NCBI GenBank assembly: GCA_963780805.1
Contig: CAWADP010000017.1
Location: forward strand, 16,944-80,943
Direction of reading: 5' to 3'
DNA: 64,000 nucleotides
From: an uncultured Alphaproteobacteria bacterium
GTDB taxonomy: Bacteria; Pseudomonadota; Alphaproteobacteria; Acetobacterales; Acetobacteraceae
How positions within the stretch are numbered: position 1 is the first letter of the stretch; each line of letters starts with the position of its first letter. The position numbers and the translations under genes were made by a program. The notes under the pieces were generated by a model, which saw only the letters and a list, made by a program, of their open reading frames with translations, was not told where the DNA came from and searched no databases. Below are positions 47,205 to 56,015 of the stretch, in pieces.

Positions 47205-47922
47205 CTATTTCCTCAGCATCATGCCGCCGTCGATCTGCAACACCTGGCCCGTTATGTACGCGTTGGTCATCAGGAAGATATAGGCCGATGCGACTTCTTC
47301 CGGCGTCCCGAGACGCCCCAGTGGATTGGCCTGGGAATAGGAGCGTATCCTGGCGTCTATGTCCTCGCGCGGCTTCGCGCGCCACAGCGCGGTGTCCATG
47401 AACGCCGGGGCGACGACGTTCACACGCACACGCGGCCCGAGTTCCGAACCCAGTCCTTGCGCCATGGCGGCGAGCGCCCCGTTCGCCACGTAGCTCGCCG
47501 CCGCGTCCTGCGCCCGAACACCGCTCCCCGAGGTGAACGTCATGCTACCGCCGTCGCGGACCAGGGGTGCGGCGAAACGGGCGATCAGCAGATTGGTCCA
47601 GAAACTTCGAGTGCAGCACATGCCGCATCGTGTCGAGCGGCGTCCGCAGGAAGCCGCCCGCCATGGTGTCGCCGATCATCGAGACAAGATGGTCGTGCTC
47701 ACGCAACGCCGCGATGAGTTTCTCAAGCGCAGCATGATCATGGGCATCGCCCTCGATGCTCTGCACGTCGCCGCCGAGTTCTGACGCTGCTGTCGAGAGC
47801 TTCACCGGATCCCGCCCGACGATGACCAGCGAAGCGCCTTGTGCCCGAGCCTGGCGGGCAATCTCCAAGCCGATGCCGGAGCTGCCGCCAATGACGACAA
47901 CTTTGCTACCCTCGAGCAGCAT
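47205..47922 (-). pseudogene. SDR family oxidoreductase gene, frame broken by an apparent 1-nt insertion at about 47601
   Basis: N-part MLLEGSKVVVIGGSSGIGLEIAR...MRHVLHSKF. C-part WTNLLIARFAAPLVRDGGSMTFTSG...YVANGALAAMAQGL...GRLGTPEEVASAYIFLM...ITGQVLQIDGG in the adjacent frame. Confidence 0.8.
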
Positions 47923-47923
47923 G

Positions 47924-48670
47924 TCAGAGTCCTCCTGAGACGAACAGGGTTTCGCCGGTCACCCAGCGCGCGCCATCGGATGCCAGAAACACCGCGACCG
48001 GTGCGATGTCGCCCGGTTGCCCAACCCGGCCGAGCGGTGTCTGTTGCGCCGCCATCCGCTCGAAGTCGCTGCCGATGATCCCCCCGGCATGCGTTCCTTC
48101 GGTTTCCACGACGCCGGGACTGATGGCATTCACCCGGATCTTTCGTGGGCCGAGCTCTTTCGCGAGCACACGGGTAATGGCTTCCACAGCGCTTTTCGTC
48201 GCCGCGTACACGGCATTGTCCGGCGGCGTCAATCGGCTCGCGACCGAACTGATATTGATGATGCTGCCGCCATTGGACGCGAAGTGTTTGAGTGCTTCCC
48301 TGATCGCCAGAAGCACACCAAGAACGTTGGTGTTGAAATGGCGATGGAATTCCTCTTCCGAGACCGTTTCTATCCCGCCGAACTGGTAGACCCCGGCGTT
48401 GTTCACCACGATGTCGATCGGCCCGAAGACGCGTGCCGTCTCGGCGAACAGGCGCTCCACATCTGCTGCTTTCGCGACGTCGCCCTGGATCGCCATGGCG
48501 CTGCCACCATGGCTGGTGATTTCGGCCACGACTTTGTCCGCCCCGTCACGGCTGCTCGCGTAATTCACCACGACGGCAGCCCCCGCGGCCGCCAGCTCGC
48601 GGGCGATCTCCGCGCCGATCCCCTTCGATGCACCCGTAACGACCGCAACCTTGTTCGATAGCTTGCTCAT
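47924..48670 (-). CDS. SDR family oxidoreductase (FabG / glucose-1-dehydrogenase-like)
   Basis: TGASKGIG, NNAG, S...YAATK triad, PGVVETE. 248 aa. Confidence 0.92.
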   Translation of the reverse strand: MSKLSNKVAVVTGASKGIGAEIARELAAAGAAVVVNYASSRDGADKVVAEITSHGGSAMAIQGDVAKAADVERLFAETARVFGPIDIVVNNAGVYQFGGIETVSEEEFHRHFNTNVLGVLLAIREALKHFASNGGSIINISSVASRLTPPDNAVYAATKSAVEAITRVLAKELGPRKIRVNAISPGVVETEGTHAGGIIGSDFERMAAQQTPLGRVGQPGDIAPVAVFLASDGARWVTGETLFVSGGL

Positions 48671-48700
48671 GGCATCCTCCTTGCGATCTGTACAAAAGCC

Positions 48701-48931
48701 TCAACAACGGACGAGCAGAGCGGACAGCGCCACGGGATTGCCGTTCGCGTCGTTCAGCGCGAAGGGAGGAGCCTTGTCGCCCGCCTTCGAAACGCACGCG
48801 GCGGCACCGGAGGCGACCGGCTCGGCGGTCGCGCGGTGCATGGTGTCGACCGCGGAACGGGGCACGTTGTGCGGTGGTTTGCCTGCCTCAAAATCGGCCT
48901 TGAAGGCATCGACCCTGGCTTGCAGCGACAT
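48701..48931 (-). pseudogene. 5' fragment of a peroxiredoxin-like (AhpC/TSA/redoxin) gene, truncated before the CxxC region
   Basis: MSLQARVDAFKADFEAGKPPHNVPRSAVDTMHRATAEPVASGAAA..KAGDKAPPFALNDANGNPVALSALL, then stop. The thioredoxin-fold core that normally follows is missing, and the next gene starts 31 nt later. Confidence 0.5.
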
Positions 48932-49211
48932 CACGTTTCTCCTGAATCTCGTGCTGACGGTCGTGTGCACCGCGGTCAATGTGGTGAACACAGGGTTGGA
49001 CCGGCAGCCGTGGCGCGGCGATAACCCTTGTTCCTTGGCGGAATAGGTCCTGGATAAGCGGATGGATCGGTTGGGCCGCGATGGCAACCCTTGTCCGCGT
49101 CTTCTGCACGGCGCGGGACGGCTGCATGTCCAGCGAACGCGATGGTTCTCGACCTTTGGGGACTGGCCCAAGGCGGCTGGGGCTATTTTGGGCAACTATA
49201 TACTTGACGCA

Positions 49212-49517
49212 CTATTTCGCTGGCAAACTAAACCGTTGGAAGGGTCGTGTTTCGCCCGGTCGAGAACCGGGTACCATTCGGCCCATATAGGTTAGGCCGT
49301 CCCCACCGCCGTATTGCCCGGTTGATGTCGCCTCCCACCACTGCCACAAATCGCCAGTGGTGGTGTCAAGGATCATCACTCTATCGCCGAATTCGTTCGG
49401 AGCCTTTGGCAACGGCACCATTTGGTATCGACCGACGTCCTCTGCGTTTGCAAGACGTAAAGGAACCGCAACCAGCAGGGCGAGCGTGATAAGCCAGCAG
49501 CAGCGACAACTCATCAT
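49212..49517 (-). CDS. small secreted protein, unknown function
   Basis: Signal-peptide-like MMSCRCCWLITLALLVAVPLRLANA. ATGA overlap with the upstream ORF. In the low-GC islet. Confidence 0.5.
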   Translation of the reverse strand: MMSCRCCWLITLALLVAVPLRLANAEDVGRYQMVPLPKAPNEFGDRVMILDTTTGDLWQWWEATSTGQYGGGDGLTYMGRMVPGSRPGETRPFQRFSLPAK

Positions 49518-50212
49518 TTCACCTCGACGGTATGCCCAAACGTGTGGAAAACGATTATCTTTTCGAACACCGTCGAGTCAACGTGCAGCCCGTCGATCCG
49601 CACTTCTTGTTCCTGAGCGGCGTCGATCCCATCTACCACGATCAACAACCAATAAGGATCACACCCCTCATAACCCGAAGCTTTTTCTCCTTTCTCTCGG
49701 ATTATAGCCTCAAGATCGCTCGTTGACATGAGGCCAAAGGAATGTACCTTCGTGGCTGTCCACTTTGCTCCTTGGTACACACCGGCATTCCATAGGCGGA
49801 ATATCTCTTTCGGGGCCTGATTGAGTTCCAGTAGAATATCGCCGTTCTGCGCTTCGATTCGCTTAGCCAAGGCCGCAAGCTCTTTTGGCAATGATCGGCG
49901 GCGATCAGCCTCGATAGGAAACCTTCCGTCAAAACAGAAAGTCAATCCAATGGCATGACCACCAGCATCCATGTACCGCTTATAGGCTTCGGCAACAACC
50001 GCTTCACGCAACGGCTTCTGTCGCTGTTCACTACGTATGTTGCCGCCGGGTTGCAGGAAGAAGTTTCGGATTTCGATGCCGATCTTCCTTGTGCCAATGA
50101 TTTTGAGATCAGGTTTGTCGCCGTACACGATACAACCGTCAGGCAGTGAATATGTCTGCCGGAACTGCTCGAAGTAATGCCGCTCTATCTTGTCGTTTGA
50201 TGGCGCACTCAT
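49514..50212 (-). CDS. hypothetical protein, possible PD-(D/E)xK-like N-terminal region
   Basis: 232-codon ORF in an about 48% GC segment. KPDLKIIGTRKIGIEIRNF could be read as a D...E.(K/R) nuclease-type motif (weak). No family recognised. Confidence 0.55.
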   Translation of the reverse strand: MSAPSNDKIERHYFEQFRQTYSLPDGCIVYGDKPDLKIIGTRKIGIEIRNFFLQPGGNIRSEQRQKPLREAVVAEAYKRYMDAGGHAIGLTFCFDGRFPIEADRRRSLPKELAALAKRIEAQNGDILLELNQAPKEIFRLWNAGVYQGAKWTATKVHSFGLMSTSDLEAIIREKGEKASGYEGCDPYWLLIVVDGIDAAQEQEVRIDGLHVDSTVFEKIIVFHTFGHTVEVK

Positions 50213-50226
50213 GTCTGCACGCTTAT

Positions 50227-50466
50227 CTATAAATCAATCGGCCAAACGAGCGATCCAAATGTGAAGTCGCACGATTGCGCCTCGCAAGACGGGTTCTGGA
50301 TTTGCATTGAAACCTCAAAATCTCCCTTGCCTCGTTTGCTCACGTACAGCATCCGGTCTATCGCCGCCCTGAGCAACATCGGGATGTCAATTCTCATACA
50401 ATCTCGTGCGTCAGCAAGCATTTCCTCCGGGATTTTGGCGACAACGCCGCTATGTTCCAACTCCAT
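50227..50466 (-). CDS. hypothetical small protein
   Basis: 79 codons, with AGGAGGA 4 nt upstream of the ATG on the minus strand. Confidence 0.5.
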   Translation of the reverse strand: MELEHSGVVAKIPEEMLADARDCMRIDIPMLLRAAIDRMLYVSKRGKGDFEVSMQIQNPSCEAQSCDFTFGSLVWPIDL

Positions 50467-50508
50467 CTATTCCTCCTACTTCATCCCAGCGCAACGCTTC
50501 AACGTTCT

Positions 50509-50637
50509 CTACGGCGGTTGAATGCCCTTTTGGTCATATTCTGGAATGGTCAAGTCGGTAGTCCATGTCCCTGCTTCGTCAACACGAACGCCATTAACCT
50601 TCCCATCCTTGACCAGCAAACATTGACCAATTCGCAC
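50509..50637 (-). CDS. possible 42-aa ORF
   Basis: Not in the ORF track (<60 aa). GTG start preceded by AGGAGAG at 6-nt spacing. Product MRIGQCLLVKDGKVNGVRVDEAGTWTTDLTIPEYDQKGIQPP. Confidence 0.3.
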   Translation of the reverse strand: MRIGQCLLVKDGKVNGVRVDEAGTWTTDLTIPEYDQKGIQPP

Positions 50638-50658
50638 TATTTACTCTCCTGAAGTTTT

Positions 50659-51075
50659 CTACGTGTGCGGCGTTTTCTTCCAATCTTCCTCTTTCTGTTT
50701 GACCTCGCTTCGGCTCACGTGGGGCAGCCGACGTGTCAGGGCGAGAAACCTGTCCATCGTCGGCCTTTCTCGATCTCGAATTACGGCGGCGTCCGCTTTG
50801 GCGGCGCCTCGTCCGATGAGTTCATGATACGTTAGCCTCTTGCCTACCACCGCAGAGGCTACCATACAGAATCGCCCGCCGTCATCTTTCTCCCGTTCAT
50901 TGAAGCGGAACGCTTGCCCGTCACCATACCGATCCAGATGTGGCGGCATGACTGAGACATAGGTTCCCTTGATTGACCGCTTGAGCACAACCAGAAGTGC
51001 CCCACCATACCACGGATGGGGATATAGTTGCCCTATTTTGGGCACGCGGGGCAGCGACGGGCACCAGACGGCCAA
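50659..51075 (-). mobile_element. IS1595-family (ISXO2-like) transposase gene remnant, C-terminal part only
   Basis: ...ALLVVLKRSIKGTYVSVMPPHLDRYGDGQAFRFNEREKDDGGRF...GKRLTYHELIG matches the conserved C-terminal LKR..GTYH.VS.KHL.RY..EF.FR.N.R block. No DDE N-terminal part and no inverted repeats seen. Confidence 0.6.
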
Positions 51076-51085
51076 CGAAAGCTGG

Positions 51086-51550
51086 TCAGGGTGGCGGAGG
51101 ACTCACGTTGTAGGTTTCCTGCTGGATTTTCCAGGTGTCGCCGTCACGCACATCCGTGTCCGACCAATAGCCCTTCAGGCGCACCGGCCCGCGTGACCCG
51201 TTGTAAGTCCCGCTCCAGGTCCCGGTTCTCAACATAACCCCACTCCCAATCATCTTCACCTGCTCAAGCTTGCTGGGATCAAATGTGAAATCCTTGAATG
51301 TCTCGGTTGCGTCGCGTTCGATTGCCGCCCGACCGGAGATCAACCCCTCTGGCGTCACCTGGATAGCATCTTCGGTGAACAGGGCAGCTTGCGAGGCCGC
51401 ATTCTTTTGCAGCGATGTTTTGTTCCAGGCATCGAGGACACTTTGCCCAGCCTGGTGCGCGTCTTGTTCGGAAACCTGCTGCGCAGTGGCCGAAGCTGCC
51501 AGACCCACCGCCAACGCCGGCACAATCATGAGGAATCGTAGCATCGTCAC
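51086..51550 (-). CDS. secreted SnoaL-like / DUF4440 (NTF2 fold) protein
   Basis: Signal peptide MTMLRFLMIVPALAVGLAASATA. ...LDAWNK.....AALFTEDAIQVTPEG...GRAAIE...G.W.....G.....G.W.......DG.WKI. Confidence 0.72.
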   Translation of the reverse strand: MTMLRFLMIVPALAVGLAASATAQQVSEQDAHQAGQSVLDAWNKTSLQKNAASQAALFTEDAIQVTPEGLISGRAAIERDATETFKDFTFDPSKLEQVKMIGSGVMLRTGTWSGTYNGSRGPVRLKGYWSDTDVRDGDTWKIQQETYNVSPPPP

Positions 51551-51649
51551 ACTCCATTACAACATGGAACGAGCGGGAAACAGCATTCTCCCGTAACGGT
51601 CAGACTTCGTCGGGGAGAATGCCGGCGGCACGGACTTCCGATATAAGTC

Positions 51650-51955
51650 TCAACCGCCATCTGACACAAGGTCCGCACTTTGCGGCAGCCGTTTAGGCAA
51701 TCCGTCATCAGCAAAGTCATGCGGCGCTTCCCACGGCAGATTGTGGCCGTAGTCCACAAAGCGATGCTCGTAACAAGTGGTGAACATCGTGGCGTGGCTC
51801 GCAGTACCGCCGGGCTTGAGCGGCTCTTGCGTGCCATCCAAAGTGATCGTGGGAACGCCGATCTTTGGTTTTTCCGCCAGCCGATCTTCCAGCGATGCGA
51901 GAGCCGGGTCGCCTGCCGCCGTCCCGAAGCAGAAGCGATAGCAGTCGATCACCAC
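51650..51955 (-). pseudogene. C-terminal fragment of an alpha/beta hydrolase gene
   Basis: ...KIGVPTITLDGTQEPLKPGG...YEHRFVDYGHNLPWEAPHDFAD is the catalytic His region. The N-terminal about 200 aa (nucleophile elbow) are absent. Confidence 0.55.
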
Positions 51956-51982
51956 ATTAGGCTGGCTGGCGCCAACGCGGCT

Positions 51983-52627
51983 TTATCGCATCCGATCCTG
52001 CCGCGCTCGCGAGGCACGCGGCGGTTGAGAATGTTGCTCCACCAGGTCGTGGAGCAATCCAGGCAAACGGGTCACCGGCTCGTCCGACTCGAGGCTCTGG
52101 GAAGCGATCCGGGCGCCTTCGCACAACAGAAACGCCTCCACGGCAAATCCGTCGGGATCGGTCAGTCCGGCATCGCGGCACAGCTCGGCCAATCGTTGCC
52201 GGAACGCGGATTTGTGTTGCCTGATGACCAGCCGGGCGGGGTGCTCGCCGTCAGGGAGTTCGACGGCCGCGTTGGCAAGCGCACATCCCCGTCCACCCTC
52301 GCGAGCCAACCATTCACTGAGATACTGCAACCATGCCAGCAACTGGCCTCTTGGGTCGCCCTGATGCGCGGCAGCAATAGCTTCCCAGTCCGAGTCTATC
52401 TCACGCACGAATTCCCTCAGGCATGCGGCGACCAGCGCGTCTTTGGAGGCAAAGTGCCGATAGAGGGTCATCTTGTTGGTGCCGGCCGCCTCGGCGATCG
52501 CGTCGACACCAACGGCATGAATGCCGCGACGATAGAACAGCTCACGGGCCACCGCGAGGATGCGCTCGCGGGGCGGCGGCAGCGTGGGGAGCGGCGCGGC
52601 GGCGGATTTGGCGGCCGGCGCGGTCAT
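51983..52627 (-). CDS. TetR/AcrR family transcriptional regulator
   Basis: N-terminal HTH RERILAVARELFYRRGIHAVGVDAIAEAAGTNKMTLYRHFASKDALV. Divergent from the RND pump gene. Confidence 0.92.
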   Translation of the reverse strand: MTAPAAKSAAAPLPTLPPPRERILAVARELFYRRGIHAVGVDAIAEAAGTNKMTLYRHFASKDALVAACLREFVREIDSDWEAIAAAHQGDPRGQLLAWLQYLSEWLAREGGRGCALANAAVELPDGEHPARLVIRQHKSAFRQRLAELCRDAGLTDPDGFAVEAFLLCEGARIASQSLESDEPVTRLPGLLHDLVEQHSQPPRASRARQDRMR

Positions 52628-52646
52628 GGTCGGGCCTCCCGATTAT

Positions 52647-52691
52647 GTTACCGACCGGTCACTCCCGGGTAGGGTGTTACCGATCAGTCAC
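52647..52691. promoter_or_regulatory. candidate TetR operator: two direct copies of a 16-bp imperfect palindrome
   Basis: gttaccgaccggtcac (52647-52662) and gttaccgatcagtcac (52676-52691), in the 122-bp tetR / RND divergent region. Confidence 0.35.
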
Positions 52692-52749
52692 GCACTATCT
52701 AGTGCCGCGACCAGCAATTGCCTACCCCGCTTCGCAAGGAACTCCCCCG

Positions 52750-55700
52750 ATGGTGAACTTCTTCATCCATCGCCCGATTTTCGCGGCTGCCATCGCCATC
52801 ATCATGGTGCTCGCCGGGGCCGTCGCCTACCAATTCCTTCCGGTGGCGCAGCTCCCGGACGTCACGCCGCCGCAGGTGGTGGTGACCGCCACGTATCCGG
52901 GCGCCAGTGCCGACGTGGTCGCCAGCACCGTGACAACGCCGCTCGAAGAGCAGATCAATGGGGTGAAGGGCATGGCCTACATGTCCTCGGTCAGTGCCAA
53001 TGATGGCAGTGCGACCATCACCGTTACCTTCAACGTCGGCTACCCGATCGACATTGCCGCGGTCGATGTGCAGAACCGGGTAGCACAGGCACAGGGCGAC
53101 CTGCCTTCGATCGTCAATCAGGCAGGCGTCGTCGTCGACAAGAAGAACCCCGATATCCTCCTGGGGGTGACGCTGTATTCGCCGGACAACTCGGTTTCTC
53201 TGCTCGATATCAGCAACTACGCGTATCTGCAGTTGGTGGACCCGCTGAAGCGGCTGCCGGGGGTCGGCGACGTGGTCATATTCGGTGAGCGCCGGTATTC
53301 GATGCGAATCTGGCTCAACCCCGACAAGCTGGCCAAACTCGGCATCACCGCGACCGATGTGCAGCAGGCCATCGCCGAGCAGAATGTGCAGGTTGTGGCG
53401 GGCAGGCTGGGGCAGTCGCCGGCGCCGCCGGGCACCGAGTTCGAGTATCAGGTGAATGCACTCGGCCGGCTGAGCGATCCCGCGCAATTCGGCAACATCG
53501 TCATCCGCGCCGGCACCGGCAGCGAGGCCGTGGTTCGCCTGCGCGATGTCGCGCGCATCGAGCTTGGCGCTTTGCAATACACGTCGAGTGCGCGGCTGGA
53601 CACCCGGCCCACCGTCTTTACCGCGGTTTATCAGACCCCCGGATCGAACGCGTTGCAGGTGGGTCGCGAAGTGCAGAACGAGATGGCGACGCTCAGCAAG
53701 CGCTTTCCTCCAGGTCTCGCCTGGCGGATTCCCTATAACACGACGATGTTCGTGTCCGCCTCCATGCATGACGTGCTGGTGACGCTCGCCGAGGCGCTCG
53801 CGCTGGTGATCGCCGTCGTATTCCTGTTCTTGCAGAGCTGGCGGACCACGATCATTCCGACCATCGCTATTCCCGTATCGCTCCTCTTCACATTGGCCGT
53901 GATGCTGGCGGCGGGGTTCTCGCTCAACCTGGTCAGCATGCTCGGCATGGTGCTGGCGATCGGGTTGGTGGTGGACGATGCGATCGTGGTGGTCGAGAAC
54001 GTGGAACGCCAGCTCGAACGGGGGCTTGCGCCGATCGACGCCGCGGTGACAGCGATGAAGGAGGTTACCGGGCCGATCGTCGCGACCACGGCGGTGCTGA
54101 TGGCGGTGTTCGTGCCGGTCGCTTTTCTGCCCGGTGTCACGGGCCGGCTGTATAACCAGTTCGCGCTGACCATTGCCATCTCGGTCGCGATCTCGGCGTT
54201 CAATTCGCTGACCCTCAGCCCGGCTCTCGCGGCTGTGCTGCTGCGCCATCGTGCGCCCTCCAGCTTTCTGCCGTTTCGCGCGTTCAATGCTGGCTTCACC
54301 CGCGCGGCGGACGCCTATGCACGCGGCGTGCGCTGGGTGATCGGCGCGCGTTGGGGTGTGCTTGCCATATTCGCCGGCCTGATGGTCGTCACCTATGGCC
54401 TGTACTCCCGGATTCCCACCGGGTTCCTGCCGGTCGAGGATCAGGGCTACTTCTTCGCGGTGATCCAGCTTCCTCCCGGCGCGGCGTTGCAACGGACGGA
54501 CGCGGTGGCGGAGAAGGTGCGGAAGATCCTGACCGCCCAACCGGGCGTGCAGGACGTCGTCTCGGTGACCGGCCTGAACTTCCTGACCGGCGCCAATCAG
54601 TCGAATGCGGCGGCGGAATTCGCCATCCTGAAACCATGGGCTGAGCGGGGCGCCAGGCTGGACGCCGCGAATATCATCGCCGCCGTACGGCCAAAACTGC
54701 TGGCGGTCCCGGAGGCGATCGTGCTCAGCTTCGACCCCCCGTCGATTCCGGGCATTTCCACCACAGGCGGCTTCGAATTCGAATTGGAAGACCTGACCGG
54801 TCAAGGCCCGCAAGCCTTGAACAACGCGGCGCAGGCGCTGTTGGCAGCAGCCCGTAAACAGCCCGAGCTCGATCCCCATCAGCTTTTCACCACGTTCAAC
54901 ACCGCGACTCCCGGGTATCAATACGATCTCGACCGAAGCAAGGTGAAGCTGCTTGGGCTCAATCTGTCAGATGTGTTCAACACACTGCAGATCTATCTCG
55001 GCTCGCTCTACATCAACGACTTCAATCTGTTCGGCCGCACCTTCCGGGTGACGATGCAGGCCGAGCGAGGGGCGCGAGCCGACGCCAGGGATCTGTCGCG
55101 CCTGTATGTGCGCAATACGGGCGGGCAGATGATCCCCCTGGACACTCTCGGCAGGCTGACTTCGACAGCCGGGCCGGAATACGTCTCGCATTACAACGTC
55201 TATGGTTCTGCCCTGATCAATGGTGCACCCGCGCCTGGATACAGCTCGGGGCAGGCGATCGCGGCGATGCAGCGCGCGGCGTCGGAGGCACTTCCGGCCG
55301 GTTTCGGTTACGAATGGACCGGCATCGCGTACCAGGAACTTCAGGCAGGCTCGACCGCCACGATCGTATTCCTGCTGGCCATGGTCTTCGTGTTTCTGGT
55401 CTTGGCAGCGCAGTACCAGAGTTGGTCGATGCCGTTCATGGTCATCCTGTCGGTGCCGCTCGCCCTGCTCGGCGCGGTGCTGGCGGTCTGGCTGCGAGGC
55501 ATGGAGTTCGACGTCTACTCGCAGATCGGCATGGTCATGCTGATCGGGCTGGCGGCGAAGAACGCGATCCTGATCGTGGAGTTCGCCAAGCAGTTGCGCG
55601 AGCGCGGCGCCGGCATCGTGGAGGCAGCCATGGAAGCGGGGCGGCTTCGGCTGCGGCCTATCCTGATGACGGCCTTCGCCTTCATCCTCGGTACCTTGCC

Positions 55701-55905
55701 GCTGATGGTGGCAACAGGTGCCGGGGCAGGCAGCCGGCATTCGATCGGCACCACGGTTGTTGGCGGCATGCTGGCCGCGACGGTGTTCGGGCTCGCACTC
55801 GTACCGGTGCTTTACGCGGTGATCGAGCGGCTGCGCGAAGGCCGTGGGGCTGAGACTGGGCAAACGGGTGATCAATCCCGGCTCGAACACGCCCCGGGCG
55901 ATTAA
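52750..55905 (+). CDS. RND multidrug efflux permease (HAE1 / AcrB-like)
   Basis: 1051 aa from MVNFFIHRPIFAAAIAIIMVLAG. Typical 12-TM architecture with two large periplasmic loops. GLVVDDAIVVVENVER motif. Confidence 0.95.
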   Translation: MVNFFIHRPIFAAAIAIIMVLAGAVAYQFLPVAQLPDVTPPQVVVTATYPGASADVVASTVTTPLEEQINGVKGMAYMSSVSANDGSATITVTFNVGYPIDIAAVDVQNRVAQAQGDLPSIVNQAGVVVDKKNPDILLGVTLYSPDNSVSLLDISNYAYLQLVDPLKRLPGVGDVVIFGERRYSMRIWLNPDKLAKLGITATDVQQAIAEQNVQVVAGRLGQSPAPPGTEFEYQVNALGRLSDPAQFGNIVIRAGTGSEAVVRLRDVARIELGALQYTSSARLDTRPTVFTAVYQTPGSNALQVGREVQNEMATLSKRFPPGLAWRIPYNTTMFVSASMHDVLVTLAEALALVIAVVFLFLQSWRTTIIPTIAIPVSLLFTLAVMLAAGFSLNLVSMLGMVLAIGLVVDDAIVVVENVERQLERGLAPIDAAVTAMKEVTGPIVATTAVLMAVFVPVAFLPGVTGRLYNQFALTIAISVAISAFNSLTLSPALAAVLLRHRAPSSFLPFRAFNAGFTRAADAYARGVRWVIGARWGVLAIFAGLMVVTYGLYSRIPTGFLPVEDQGYFFAVIQLPPGAALQRTDAVAEKVRKILTAQPGVQDVVSVTGLNFLTGANQSNAAAEFAILKPWAERGARLDAANIIAAVRPKLLAVPEAIVLSFDPPSIPGISTTGGFEFELEDLTGQGPQALNNAAQALLAAARKQPELDPHQLFTTFNTATPGYQYDLDRSKVKLLGLNLSDVFNTLQIYLGSLYINDFNLFGRTFRVTMQAERGARADARDLSRLYVRNTGGQMIPLDTLGRLTSTAGPEYVSHYNVYGSALINGAPAPGYSSGQAIAAMQRAASEALPAGFGYEWTGIAYQELQAGSTATIVFLLAMVFVFLVLAAQYQSWSMPFMVILSVPLALLGAVLAVWLRGMEFDVYSQIGMVMLIGLAAKNAILIVEFAKQLRERGAGIVEAAMEAGRLRLRPILMTAFAFILGTLPLMVATGAGAGSRHSIGTTVVGGMLAATVFGLALVPVLYAVIERLREGRGAETGQTGDQSRLEHAPGD

Positions 55906-56003
55906 GTTCAGGGCGATCGAGTTCAGGGCCATCGAGTTCAGGGCCATCGAGTTCAGGGCGATCGAGTTCAGGGCGATCGAGTTCAGGGGCGATCGAGTTC
56001 AAA
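55906..56003. repeat. 15-bp tandem repeat, about 6.5 copies (gttcagggc[g/c]atcga)
   Basis: Starts 1 nt after the RND stop codon and ends 12 nt before the adaptor gene ATG. Read directly. Confidence 0.9.
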
Positions 56004-56015
56004 AGGACAACAGCG

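Noticed and set aside
55906-56003. Tandem repeat arrays (also 61146-61241, 63628-63714, 33269-33389) considered as CRISPR arrays
   Set aside because: The units are 12-15 nt and directly abutting, with no unique spacers. There are no cas genes in the window.
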